Source: Rhizophagus irregularis (lineage: Eukaryota). From it: DNA of 64,000 nt. Every line of letters begins with the position of its first letter. Position 1 is the stretch's first letter. The notes beneath the pieces are model-generated. The model worked only from the letters and a program-made list of their open reading frames with translations. It was not told the origin of the DNA and made no database searches. The position numbers and the translations under genes are program-made. Positions 50,525 to 64,000 of this stretch are shown here, piece after piece. The stretch covers positions 4,402,001-4,466,000 of the forward strand of contig NC_089434.1 in assembly GCF_026210795.1 (NCBI RefSeq), in the 5' to 3' direction.

Positions 50525-52247
50525 TGAATTTAACTATTGAATAACTCAAAGAAGTTCTTAATATGCCCAATCTTCAAAATTTTAGAATTAAAACTGACTT
50601 AGGTCAAAGATGTAAAAGATGTCCAGGAAGATGTCAACAGAATCATTATAGTTTAGATAGAGAGTATAGAGAACTAAAAGTTGCAATAAGCAACATTCAA
50701 AAGCACAAGGAACCTATTGAATGTTTTAAACATTCAACTGTAATTTACCACCCTCCACATAATTGTAATAAAATCAAATGTACAAGATGCGGATCTTGGG
50801 GATACAGTAAAGAAGTATGTAATGATAAATTATATTATTGGAATAGGTTATACCTATATAAGTGTGATGGAAAAAAGTGTAAAAGACAAAGAACTGAAGC
50901 CTAATACAAAGGAGGCAATCATTGTTGCACTTGCCAGAAACCAGTAGTCTTTTATGAAACATATAGCAACTACAATATTGGAAAGTTAAGATGTGACAAA
51001 TGCTACGAAAATAGCATTAATAATAAAAGACCACCAATCCCAGATACTGATGAAGGTAATAAAAAGCCCAAATTTGAAATACCAGAACCAGAAGACCCAA
51101 TGGTAGAAATGGATTTAGATCCACCCAAACCAAATAAAGGAAAAGGAAAACAAAAATACACTGAAATCAAATATACAAATTGTAATAAAGTGGAAAGCCC
51201 TATTAATTGCATCAATGAATTAGGTATTAACTACAAATGTGACGAAAAAAGAGAAAGATTAGAAAGGACAGGAAGTACCTTCTATATAAAGACTTGTACA
51301 GTTTGTCAATTACAAACTGATGATTTTGAGTCAAGATCATCAGAAGCTATAGTATGTGGAGAAGAATGTAATGGAGTGTTAACTATTATAAACATGGTTA
51401 ACAAAGATAAGTCAGGAAAACCCCAACCCAATTAATACAGGAAAAATTACAAATCTGGATGGACAAATTTGGATATGATCTGGAAGACGAAGATGATAAA
51501 AGTGAAGAGCAAGACAAAATTAATAAAATGTCAGAAAGAATCCAAAAATACCTTAATAAGGAGTTTAAAGGAAGGATATTTTCTGAATATCCAAAAGAAA
51601 AAATCAAAAAGGCTTTAGATAGTATAATACCCCAGAAATAACAGATATGATATCTGCTGAACATATAAAAAATTAACCCAAGTCATACCTATCAGAACTA
51701 TTAATGATACTGTTGAATGGACTGAGGAAATTCAACAACCATGGGAATTGAATGGAGAATTCACATGGCCAGAGGAAGAATTATTAGAAAACCCTATCCC
51801 TATAATGGATATAATTCAGGAAATAAACCCACTGATAATAGAATAATTGAACTCCAAAACCATATTGCTAAATTAGAGAATGAAATTGCTATAAAAGATC
51901 AATTAAATGAAGGATTGAGAAAACAATTGGATGAAACTCAATATCAACTTAATGAAACAGCGAGAATGTGCAATGAAAATGCGAATGCTCAGGAATGGAT
52001 GAAATATTTTAAGAATAAATATGATAGGAGAAATAAATGGGTAAATGAGTTAAAGAAGAAAGGTAATATCTTGTTAACAAAATATGTTATCAAAAATAAT
52101 GATTTGAAAGACAGGATAAAAGAATTAGAACAAGAAATAAATTTTGGTAACAAATTGTTTAATCAAATGGTAAATCTCAATATGACAATTAGTTCAGATA
52201 TAAACACAGATCCTTCTATAGAAAATATGGAACTCTTAAAATATTAA
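50525..52247 (+). pseudogene. Cys/His-rich (zinc-knuckle-like) plus coiled-coil ORF downstream of RNase H
   Basis: CKRCPGRC, CTRCGSWGYSKEVC (CX2CX4[H>Y]X4C), CDKC and CTVC motifs, with a heptad-rich C-terminus. Broken into several ORFs by frameshifts. Confidence 0.65.
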
Positions 52248-52263
52248 TTAAATTTTTTTATAA

Positions 52264-53053
52264 ATAAAGCCTAATTTTATAAAACCAAAACTCAAAATTT
52301 TCAAAATAAAACAAAAATATGTAAAAATAAAAGATAAATGGCATTTTATTTCGTATACTAAAAACCCAAATTTTGAATTTAAATATTTTACAGATAATAA
52401 AGCAATGTTACTTAAAATAGGAGAAGAGACCAAAGAAATTTTGTTAAAACAAAACAATAGAAAGACCTAACCCATTTTAATAATAATCGATGGAGTAGAT
52501 GGCGTAGGAAAAACTACTATAATAGAAAATATAATTAAGAAAATTGAAGCCCAAAATCTTAAAATCATTTTAACACTTTCAAAAGAAGAAGAGGCGATAA
52601 TAAATTATTTGAGATCCCAACTATTAAATATGAATGGATGTTTCGTAAAGAAGTAGTTGAACAAATTAATAAAAGACTGGTAACATATACCAATGAAGAT
52701 ATAATTATAGTAGATAAATCCCATATTATGAATATTTTTATCAAAGAACAAGTAGTTTTGATAAAGGAACAATAAGACCTTTTGGAAATTTTAAAATGAA
52801 ACAAAAAATTTTCAAACACAAAGATATAATCGATAATACAATAGTTGTATTTTTAGAAAATGACGCATATTGGAAAAATTATATAGGAAGAGAAACTAGA
52901 AAGAGTAATAAAGAACATAAAGAATCATATAATAATACACTGAAGGAAAATGAATATATGGAAATGGTTAAGATGTTCAAACAAAATCAAACAATATATG
53001 ACAACAAAAAGAAATATAAAGCAGTAAAAATCAAAAACAATAACAAAAGTTAA
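52264..53053 (+). pseudogene. Thymidylate/deoxynucleoside(-monophosphate) kinase-like P-loop protein (frameshifted)
   Basis: PILIIIDGVDGVGKTTII at 52471-52524, then ...EDIIIVDKS...YEYFYQ...NTIVVFLENDAYWKNYIGRE across two frameshifts. Confidence 0.7.
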
Positions 53054-53187
53054 AACTCCAAAGAGAAAGGGAGGAGAGTTATAAAAGCTTTTTCAAAGCG
53101 AGATTTTCTAAAAAAAAAAAAAAAAAATTTTAATTAAATAATTTTCAGAAACTTAATATTAAAATAAATCAAAGATAAACAATATAC

Positions 53188-53418
53188 CTTTAAGGTTAAG
53201 AAGTAACCGACCAAGATTTTGGTTAAAAGAACAAAGATCTGAGATGGTATCCTTGAATTTATCTCACTCTTGTTCCAGAGCTTCAACTTTTTCTTCCATC
53301 TCTTCAACCTGATCTTGTAACCTCCAACCAGTGTTTAAATATTGAAGGTTCTTTTTGAAAAGAGACTCATTTCACTCTTTCATTTTGTCCAATTTTCATT
53401 GAAGAGATTCTGCTTGTT
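53188..53418 (-). pseudogene. Isolated antisense coiled-coil exon
   Basis: A pyrimidine-tract AG acceptor (53419-53420) and a GTAT donor (53186-53187) flank 231 nt: QAESLQ*KLDKMKE*NESL...QVEEMEEKVEALEQE*DKFKD. Confidence 0.55.
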
Positions 53419-53549
53419 CTGTTAAAAGGAAAAGGAAAAAGAGAAGAAGAAATTCATAATACCATCAATTAGTTAAAAACTAAGTGAATAAAGTTGATAG
53501 TACAAAAGAGTTCTACAGGGGAGTGCATTCAAGACTAGTCCTAGAGGTA

Positions 53550-56500
53550 TAAAAGTGCAGACTTTCTATATGGGTATATATGTTATGGTAGATGCCTTAT
53601 AATTTCATCAATTCTATTAAGTTTTTTAATTTGATAATTCAAATTTTCTGGTGAAATGAACTCTATCTTAAAAGTTTAATAATGTAAAAATTTGTCTCCT
53701 AAATAATCCATTTTCAGTATATCAGCTAGAAAGATTGGTAAAGACCATTATTGTTTTCAATAATTCTATATTTATTTTTAATTTCTTTGCAGTTATAAAT
53801 CTATTACCAATGTTTTATATAATTGTAAATTGACTGTATATCATAAGTTTTTTTGTTTTTATGGATAATGAATTGTTATTATTATTATTGTTTCTAACTG
53901 ATTTAATATTGATTTGTTGGAGCATTGTACTCAGAAAATAAAAGTCATGATATCTAAATTGAAGCTAAATATATTAATCTTCTGACCATAATCATATAAT
54001 TGTCTTGGGAATAAATTGTATTTCTCCCTTAATTTCTATATGATAAACAATTAGAATAAATAAAGAAATTGTTTAAAGAATGAAGAATTTATGAAATAAA
54101 GTAAGATATTGAATTTAAAGTAAAATAATAATAATCTGTTCAACTTCAGATCTATGAATACAACTTAATAATATATGAATGAATTTAGAATATGGTGATA
54201 ACAATAAATCTGAAGGTTTTGATGAAAAAGTGGATGCATTAAATGACAAAATTGATGAAACAGATAAGCATATACAAGTGGTGTTGATATTATGCACCAA
54301 CGTCTTGATACTAATATACAAGGATATAAATCTTCAGTTGATGAAACATTGAATTTAAAGATGGCCATCCTTTTTAAAGAAATGGTTTCATATAGTTTCT
54401 CTACACCCTTTACCCAATGAAAACTACCAGCTGTTTTTTGTTCTTGAAGAAGTTCAAGTGCCTTAGTTGTTGTTTTTATTTTATTATAAATATTATTATA
54501 ATCTTCTGACAGAGGTTCAGAATATTGAATATTTCAGAGTTTAAACTTAAAATAGTCTGATTTATACAGGTAAGCAGAATCTTTATCTATCTCTGTTAAA
54601 TTCTTCCATTTTAATTGACTTCATTATATTCTTTGTTTATTTCTTCTTTGGGTTTGTATATTTTTCTCCATTCATAATTTGTCTAAATTGATATTTCTTA
54701 GTCTTGTCCATTCTTTGAAATGATTATATAAGAATGGTGGTTCATGATTAATTTTTAAATGTTCAAAATACTGATAAATTAAGTGTTTACATATATTAAA
54801 CTGACTAATTAAATAATAAGAGCATCCACATACCAGTGCCTGTTACAAGAGACCAGTAATTAAAAATAAAACTTTATTCTCTGCATTTGTGATTCTGTTT
54901 TTGATGAATTCCTTTCCACATTTTATATTCATTATTAATTTGAAATGTTGATAACTTTTTCCATTCTAATTTAAATTGCTTAAGCCATTCTGGTTTTTCT
55001 CTTCCAAATTGAATTTGATTCAATTTTCATTGTTGATGTGGAATCACTTTTGTTAACAATGCATATACAATAAGATCTAAATATGGTTGGAAAAACTTGT
55101 AAAAAAAATCTCGCTTTACCACCTTCTATTGCCCTTCAACAAAACATTGTAATTTTAAAAATAGAAATTTTTTCTTCACATACAGTTCTTATCCATAAAG
55201 GTCATCTTTTATCACAATACCATACCATTCGCCCCACAAGTAGCTCCAAAAAGTAACCAAATAATTTTTTTACAAAATTCATACATTTCTTAAACAACTG
55301 TTTCATGAATTTCTTTACTTGTAAGGTATAAACCATTGCCTGTTGATATTAATGTATGCCAATAAAGGTATTATTCCATTATTAACCAAATTGTTTTATA
55401 ATATTCTTTAGGGCAAAATTTATTAGATAATGTGATTCCATTAAGAAAGAAACATGAGCCAAGTTCAGATAAAGGATTAAATGTAGCATTTCTAGGCATC
55501 TTGTTGCTTGATAATTATGCTAGAATAGCTCTCTTAATGTGCCATGTTTTTCACTAATTCTATATATGTTTTTAATTTCTTTGCAGTTATGAATCTATTA
55601 CCAATGTTTTTATATGATTGTCAGTTATGTTAAATGACTGTGTATCATAAATTTTTTGTTTCTAATGACAATGAATTGTTATTTAATATTGATTTGTTGG
55701 AGTATTGCACTCAGAGAATAAAAGTCATAATATCTAAATTGAAGCTAGATATATTAATCTTCTGATGATAATCATATGGAATAAAATTGCCTTAATTTCT
55801 ATATTATAAACAATTGAATAAATTGATTAAAGAATAAAGAATTTATGAAATAAAGTAAAATAATGAATTTAAAGTAAAATATTAAATAATCTGTTCAACT
55901 TCAGATCTAGGAATTCTACAAACCAATTTAAAATAATAATAAATCTGAATGCTTTGATGAAAAGTGAATGCATTAAATAACAAAAATGTTGAAACAGATA
56001 AGCATATACAAGTGGTGTTGATATTATGCACCAATATCTTGATACTACTAATGTACAAGAATATAAATAAAGAAATGGTTTCATATAGTTTCTCTACACT
56101 CTTTATCCAATGAAAACTACCAGCTGTTTTTTATTCTTAAAGAAGTTCAAGTGCCTTAATTGCTGTTTCTATTAATTTATCATAAATATTATTATAATCT
56201 GACAGAAGTTCAGAATCTTGAATATTTTAGAGTTTAAACTTAAAATAGTCTGATTTATATGCAGCTCCAATTTCACAATACAGTCCCCCATGGCTTTTTG
56301 TTCAGTTATTAAAGTATTAAGTTTTGAAATTATAGTAGAATTTTGAGATATCATTTTTTCAGACATTCTTTTATTGACTTTGTAAATAGTAAAATTTCTG
56401 ATAAATTAAGTGTTTGTATACATTAAACTGACTAATTAAATAATAAGAGCATTTACATACCAGTGCCTGTTATAAAAGACCAGTAATTAAAAATAAAACT

Positions 56501-58490
56501 TTATTCTCTGCATTTGTAATTCTGTTTTTGATGAATTTTTTTCCAAATTTTATATTCATTATTATTTGATGTGTTGATAACTTTTTCCATTCTGATTTAA
56601 ATTGCTTAAGCCATTCTAGTTTTTCTCTTCCAGATTGAATTTGATTCAATTTTCATTGTTGATGTGGAATTACTTTTGTTAACAATACATATACAACAAA
56701 GTTTAAACATGATTGGAAAAACTTGACCACCTTCCAATACCCTTTAACAAACATTGTGATTTTAAGGATAGAAATTTTTTCTTCACATATAGATCTTACC
56801 CATAAAGGCCATCTTTTATCACAATACCATTTGCCCCACAAGTATCTCCAAAGGGTAACCAAAGAATTTTTTAAAAAATTCACCCATTTCTTAAACAGCT
56901 GTTTCATGAATTTCTTTACTTGTAAGGTATAAACATTTCTTAAACAGCTGTTTCATGAATTTCTTACTTGTAAGGTATAAACCATTGCCTGTTTTCCATC
57001 ATTAACCAAATTGTTTCATGATATTCTTTAGGGCAAAATTTATTAGATTCCATTAAAAGAGAAACATAAGCCAAGTTCAGATAAAGGATTAAATATAGCA
57101 TTTCTAGGCATCTTGCTTGATAATAGTGCTAAAATAGCTCTCTAAAGTGACACTTACATAATGGATTTTGAAATCCTCCAGGTAAATCTGGCTGCATTTA
57201 ACTGTGCAAAATCTTTATCAGAAAGGAGAAATTCTAGTTGTATTCCTATATCACATAACTTTGTAAGAAATTTTTGAAGATTAACTTATTTGTTTTATAG
57301 TTTTCCCTATATCCGTATTTAGCCAGTTGTGTAGTTCATATACCTTCTCCATATCGAATAAGTATGCAAGTGGAAACTCTGTTCCATTCATTTCAAGTGT
57401 ATAGTTCAAGGCCAAAGTTTTCTAAAATAAATTAATTTATTTATAATACACAATTTATAAAAATTAACAGGTTTGCTATATCAATACTACATTCATGAAC
57501 TTTTTGGTTGAGTTTTTTATAAAGTCCTGTTGTAAAGATTACAGCATGAACAGTTATAGTTTCTTCTAATCTAGTATTATAATTCTCTTGATTAAGCCAT
57601 TCTATTGTTGATTTAAAAGCATTTTCATGATGTTTATATTTATTTTCTTCTAACTTTGACCACCAAAACTGTATCTGCTTTTGGTGAATAGATAAATCTA
57701 AGCCTATGCTAACAAGTTGTGCATAGATTTCTCTGAGAAGTAAATCTATATGCTCTTTAATGTAGTTTTTAATATCTTGAAAAACTTCTACATTAGCTGG
57801 CCTTAGATGTAAAAAATTAAAATTATGCTTTACAAATATGCATTAGATTGTCAACAGAAACTTTGATAGTACTCTATTACATTTAAACCTTTCCATTGCT
57901 TTTACATACCAATGTTTTAAAACATCTTGGATGTTTTTTAGATTTGGCAGCTAGATCATGCCTTTGTGAACAAAAATACCAGTAAGTTATTGCACTTTTC
58001 CTTGAATAAGATTGGGGTAACTATGGGTTTAAAGTTAGAATATTTACTAACATAATTTTATATTTATAAAACATACATCCATGAAAACTCATCCGCCTCT
58101 TCAATAATCTCAATCAATCAAAAGTCTGCCACTTTCTTTGCTGAACTGTTTAAAGTAGAAATATTTACTTTACATTCAAAATGAAATGGTGGTATATTTT
58201 CTTCATTTTCTGCTTGTGTTGTATATATATTTAGGAGCTGTGCAATATAATCAAAAAAGTCTGTAACCTCAACTACTTCCAAGGAATTTGTATCTTTTTC
58301 AGTTTCTGAGAAATCTATTTCATCATGTGATCTTTTTTATGTATTTTTATTTTTTTTTTCATTGTGTATTCTTGATATGACAATTATTGCAAGTACGATA
58401 TTGTTTTGTAGTATTTTTAGCCTCAAAATCTATAAATTCATGTAATAGTTTTATTTGTCCACAGGCAGTACAAACTTTTGTAATGTCCAT
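53550..58490 (-). pseudogene. Heavily decayed Mutator (MULE/SWIM) transposase with a tandemly duplicated 3' part
   Basis: YLWGKWYCDKRWPLWVRSICEEKISILKITMFVKGYWKVVK (MULE-like) and SWIM-like CGCSYYLISQFNICKHL at ~54780-54830. 53745-55540 is duplicated at 55545-57140. Confidence 0.75.
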
Positions 58491-60489
58491 ATTTAAAATG
58501 CACTATAAAAAGTTATCTTTTTTATTATATTATCATTAGATTTTTACAAAATTATGTAAAAATTATTACTTTACATGTTTTATGTATAATCAAATTTAAT
58601 CAAATCAGATTTTGATTCATTCACCACAAGATCAGTCATGTGGTAGTGAATTTTTTATGGTGATGCTGGGGAAGAGCAGGACTTATAAGCTGGTTCTGGT
58701 AGAATAATAAAATATTTGTTTAAATAGCTAATTTCCTCAATTGGCTAGGATTTTATAAAATTATTTATTTTATCAGGTTTATTGTTCCAAATTGATTTCA
58801 TGATTTATTAATTTTAACCCTTTTGATTGTTGTAGTTTATTCTCATAATCAATTGAAAAGAATATGTTTTATTAAAAACATCTAGATATTTACTTTTGTA
58901 TATATAATTGGTTACTCGATTATATGAGTTCTACAACTATAGTAATTATTAAATCATTCATAATAAGTTAGAAGAGTTTAGCTCTGCTAAATTTGTGAGA
59001 TAATTTTGTTGTACTAAAGTGAACATTTAAAATTTTGAATCTAATGTACATAAAAAAAAAATCAGGAGAATTAGTTGATTTATACCAAAATACTAAATTT
59101 TGGGGCTTATTGGTTTTGGCTGCTGAAAAGTTACATTGTCATGATGACTTTTAACAAAGCCACATATATACACATTAGTTTAGGGCTAAGTTAGGAGTGT
59201 GCATAGCCACCTGATCTTTAACTTTTATCAATGACTTGGCAATTTGTAATTTGTTTAATTTACAATTATGATTATATACTTATTAATATTTGCTATGCTT
59301 TTTAAGAAGCCACATAAACATATCAGATCACATAATGATTTGTTTAAATTTCTATTCAGAATGTTGTGCTACTACATAGCCATGATATACAAATTTATTT
59401 ACAATATGTGATGTTACAATTGTCACATGCTTATCTAAAGTGAAAAATTTTTTAATATACAAGTGTTTATTCTTTCCAAACTGAAGAATTAACCCTAAAT
59501 AGGGAATGTTTTGTAAAAAAATTGAACTCCGCCGTTGCCTGGCTATTCCAATAAAATGATTATTGGAGAGAGCGGTATAATTGTTGTATACTTAATGTGA
59601 ATGAAACGAAGTGTATTTTCTATTAACAGAAGAATAACCACCAGTTTCAGCATGAAATTCTTACCAACAAAACGTTGTTTCCTGTCAATTGTTGTATTTC
59701 AAATATATTTCCGTTTGCTCGTAAATTAATTGATAAATTAAAAATAAAAATATTGCTTTTTTATTAATTAAAAGTAATTTATATTAATCATTAAAATTTT
59801 TATAAATTTTATTTTTACTTATTCCAATGAAATAACAATAGTGTTGGAAGTCTTTATTTTGATTTTGACACACATATTTCTTATAAAGATTATCATTTTA
59901 TTATAAAAATAACAAAGCAGTATAGTAATTATTTTAAGTGAATTGATAAGTTGTTGAAAAAATAATCACATTAATATATAATACATATAGTATAATAAAG
60001 AAAACTTACTTATATTCGTAAATTTGGTTAAAAACATTGTCATTTGAGTTAATAATCATGTAATTTTATTGGCTATAAATATTCGATATTTAGGAGCATA
60101 ATGAATAATGTTGCTATTTTTTTTAGTGGAACTAGTATTTCTTTTGAAATTTCATTTTATGTTCAATGTGGTGGATTTATTTTTTAAATAATGCCAATAG
60201 ATCATTATAAATATAACCAAATCTTTCGGAAATTTTTTTTTAAATTTTTTTTTCTAATCATAACAATAGATCGGTATACATAAGACAGATGTTGTATAAA
60301 TAAAATTTTCCGATTTTTTTTTAATAATGCCAATAGATCGTTATAGTAGATAATAACAAAATCTTTCAGAAATTTTTTTAAAATTTTTTTTCTAATAATA
60401 ATAAAAAAAAATGTACATTAGTATTATCATAGGGACGAAGTCCCCAATAATAAACGCATATTTCTAGTTTTCGTAGAAATTCACAGATG

Positions 60490-62264
60490 TATTTGTTTAT
60501 TCAATAAAATTATTCCTTGTATGATAACCTTCCTTTTATTTTGTGTTATTCAACTGAACATTATACTTCTTTAACGCTTTTCTAGACAATATAGAAAATT
60601 GATTTGTGTTACAATGACTAAAAGATAAAAACAAATAAAGTAAACAAAATAATATGAAAAAATACTAATATTTATTAAAAACCAAGATCTATGCAAATGA
60701 TGATAATGGTTTCCATCAGTTCACTATACACATTCATATTAAACATGTTCTTTGTAATGTTTAACTTCACCATAAGAAAAATATTATACTATTAATTTTA
60801 AATATTATCAGTATTTAAATTTATTTTTAAATATTTTATTGATTATTTTGCAATTTGTTATCAAAGGTTTTTACAGTTTAAAAATTACAAAAGACTGTGG
60901 TCTTTTTCAATGTAAAAGTTCTGATGCGATCTCCCATCCCCCATACGTTCTCTCATACGTTTTTCCCGACGGTTTAAACAACAACAACTATTTTTTTAAC
61001 TTCTTTTTCATTGTTATTATTAATGCTGAAACTCTTTGAATATAGGATGATAGAATTGTGTTGCATAATTTGTTTCAGTTCCATGTTGTGAATTAAATAG
61101 CTTGATTCACCAAATCTATCTTTGACTATGGGCATTTGAATTTTAAATAACAAAGGAGAAAATTATAAAAAAAAAAATAAATTAAGAAAACCTAGAATAT
61201 CCTTATCACACATACATATCTCCAAGTTTGTTAAATTTTAGCAAATCTTGCCAAGTTTGATTAATGTTTTTGAGGTTATACCTCTAGAGCAGTGTTGGGC
61301 AATTGGACAATTGGACGTTTTGGACATTTGTCCAAAACCTGTCCAAAACTTGTCCAAAACCAAAACCTTTTTTTCATTGGACAGGTTTTGGACAGATCAC
61401 ATGACAAAAAATTTAATTTTGGCCAGAATTATGACTAATTTTGGCTAATTTTAATTTTAGTTCAATTATTAATTTACTTCAAAAATCTTTAAATGTTAAT
61501 TTTTAATATTATTTTGATTTTACATTAATTTTTATTATTTAATTTATATTAAATATTTACTTTTTTAACATTTTAACATTATATTTTTATTTTATTTTTA
61601 GTTTCAGTTGTTTTCAGTTGATAAATATTAGGACTCTTGAGCAGTTTTAAACTGTCCAAAACTATGTCCAAAACTGGTTTTGGACAGTCCAAAATTGTCC
61701 AATTAAAAAAACCAATTGGACAAGTCCAAAACCCAACACTGCTCTAGAGTATATTTCAAGGGAACATAAGTAAAAAAAATTTTTTTGCTTTTGGATATCG
61801 ATGTAATTTCTTCTTGGTATACCAACAGAAATACTTTGCATTATTATATCTATTAAAAATTAATTTGTAAATTTCATATTCTAATATTCTTTTTTTGTAT
61901 TTAGACCCGATTTCGTCGATTTTGTCATTTATTGATATTTCTACCATATCTTTAATCCATACTGTCAAGAGAAAAAATTCATGTATTCTCGAACATTGGT
62001 CCTGTTGGAAATTTATTTAAAGGTAATAAAATATTCTTCCAGATTATTCGGTAAGAAGTGGGTGATAACATTATAGAATTTCACGTGATTCTCGTTGGTA
62101 ATAGCGAGAATATTCGTAAACACCTGAAAATATATCCATAGAAAAGGTACGGATACTTGACACCAGGTTTTATTTACTAAACTACATGAATGCAAAGAAT
62201 TGACTGAGATCATCATGTAATTCAGTAAAATTAAGAAGAGACAATCTCTTATGAGTGATGCCAT
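60490..62264 (-). pseudogene. Divergent F-box/LRR pseudogene
   Basis: MASLIRDCLFLIL...SLHSCSLVNKTWCQVSVPFLW, YEIYKLIF and GWEIASELL, with stops and frameshifts. Interrupted by a hAT MITE. The 3' limit is approximate. Confidence 0.75.
61290..61741. mobile_element. hAT MITE (452 bp), 8-bp TSD
   Basis: TIR cagtgttggg...cccaacactg. TSD ctctagag at 61282-61289 and 61742-61749. Subterminal ttggac/gtccaa repeats. Confidence 0.95.
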
Positions 62265-62789
62265 ATTGTTAAAAGTGATAAATGCGATTATGAGAATTAT
62301 AAATTATTAAAAAGCGCCTCTCTAGCGAAAAGGAAATTTTGAAATTGAAGAGAAAAGGAAAAAATTACAGCTGAAAGATATGAATGCATATTTATATAAA
62401 AATTTGTCAAGACTAATCGTAAATTAGAAATTACTATATATGTTTAGTTTAGTTAATAATGTTTGATGAAATACTAGGGGCTTACATGCTTTTCATGCGA
62501 GCATGTTCAATTCTTAAAAAAAAAGATAAAATTTTTTTGATTGTTTGAATCAATAAAACAATCATCAGAAGATAAATATTTAATGGTCTTGATTTTCAAA
62601 TTAGAGAAATCTGCTGTGTCCCAATGATGACACTTTTTCTTCCATTTAAGATAATTATTGAAAGTGCAGCGTTTTTTGTATGACATTAACTTAATAAATC
62701 ATGAACTTCTATTGGAAACCAATAAATTTTATTTTAGAAATAAAAATAAATATTTCTTCATTGAAATTGATAAGTTTATTTCAGAGATA

Positions 62790-63335
62790 AAATAAAAGAT
62801 GTTTCAAAATTCAAAATTCAAAAATTAAAAATTCAAAATTAACGTTAATATTTATTTTTGTGGCTAAAATGACAATCATTTTAAAGTTTTCTTGTGTAAC
62901 ATCTACATCAATTAATAATCTTGATACACAAGCAGACAAGCTATTATTGTTTGGTAAGAAATTTCTTCTTGTGTAACATCTACATCAATGATATCAAATA
63001 ATCTTGATACACACTCGTTGAGATTTCCATATGTGGTTTAATTTGTAATTAAAAGATTTATTAAGATAATTGATTTGCTTATCTGTTTTATTTGTTCAAA
63101 TATGTGAGAACAATTCGGACTTATCTTCCGCAAAATTTTTATTATGAGAAGGCATAGTATATATGATAACGGCTTTTCTTTCCTCGCATCGTAATAATAA
63201 ATTATTTTTCGTTTAATAAATTAGTGTTCGCTCAATTAAGAGATTTGTGTTACCTTAATAAATAAAGTTTTAAAAATAATTAATGTTTAATGTTATTGAT
63301 AATGTGAAATATAAAATATTTTATACGCCATGCAC
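62790..63335 (+). repeat. Duplicated segment, partner of 43130-43860 (empty-site version)
   Basis: Collinear with 43130-43860 but lacks the 123-bp insertion. Confidence 0.9.
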
Positions 63336-64000
63336 CACTTTGCAGAAACCCGTGATTTGTTACCATGCAGTTAAGAAATCGTCATCAAATCACAACGATC
63401 TATTATCCAACATGTGACGACATAGTATCAAACGATCTCATGAAATTGTCGATATCAATAGAAGTTGTAAAATGCTACTAAATAGGTGTGAATATGGTAA
63501 ATAGGTGGAATAACACCGAGAATTAGTAGTGAAAATTAATCTAAGATATTTCTTAGATGTATTAAATATTATTTGGTGATGAATCTGCCAATATACTTTA
63601 TTCATATTTTTATATAAATTTTATTCTGTATGATAATTTTTTAACACGTGGTATTATAAAATAACTATAGTTTGATCTAAACTATTTTTTAACTTTTTTT
63701 TTTCAACAAAAATCCTCCCTTTCGCTCTTTACCTTTCATTCCCCATTTCTTTCCTTTATTTTTCTCTTCGTTCCTTCTCCCCTTCGTTGTTTTATATCTT
63801 TTTTTTTAAAAAAAATTTTTTTTCTGTTAAAAAAACTCTGTTTTATAATTTGCTTAAAAAAATTATTTTTTTTTACGTTTTTTAACTTTATTTTTTTTTT
63901 ATAAAAAAATAAATTTCGGGTTTCTTCCCTCATCCTTTCCTTCTTCTCTCGTATTTTATTAAAAAGAGTTGAAGAGAACCCACAAAAAAAATCAAATTCT

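Larger units (their letters stand above)
48186..53080 (+). mobile_element. Decayed Ty3/Gypsy-type retroelement with extra downstream ORFs (boundaries approximate)
   Basis: Possible LTR from tgtaac at 48186 and a PBS-like tggtgacagagtgg at 48517, followed by RT-RNase H. Purine tract at ~53060-53078. No second LTR seen. Confidence 0.7.

Noticed and set aside
53060..53500. 3' LTR after the purine tract
   Set aside because: No similarity to 48186-48515 is visible, so the right boundary of the element is unproven.
59470..60070. Possible minus-strand exon relics
   Set aside because: Splice-like signals are present, but there is no open frame or recognisable motif.

Overview
This is very AT-rich eukaryotic DNA with short GT-AG introns. 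The intronless F-box/LRR paralogues and the TE repertoire suggest an arbuscular mycorrhizal fungus (Glomeromycotina, Rhizophagus-like); that assignment is inferred. Most of the window is nested transposable elements. Positions 1-10265 hold a decayed two-gene CACTA/EnSpm element that hosts two further CACTA insertions and a hAT MITE. Elsewhere there are LINE remnants, many MITEs (hAT, Mutator, Tc1/mariner, PIF and Ginger-like), a decayed Ty3/Gypsy-type retroelement and a partly duplicated MULE transposase relic. Likely host genes are three tandem F-box/LRR genes (one with a stop at codon 3), a fourth F-box pseudogene, a membrane-protein relic and an intact secreted histidine-brace (LPMO-like) gene. 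Two signals stand out. First, a non-autonomous CACTA carries about 14 tandem micro-exon/intron units in which both the splice donor and the branch point sit in co-varying hairpins. Second, a thymidylate/dNMP-kinase-like P-loop ORF and a Cys-rich ORF lie directly after RT-RNase H in the Gypsy-like element. All calls were made by eye, with no database searches.
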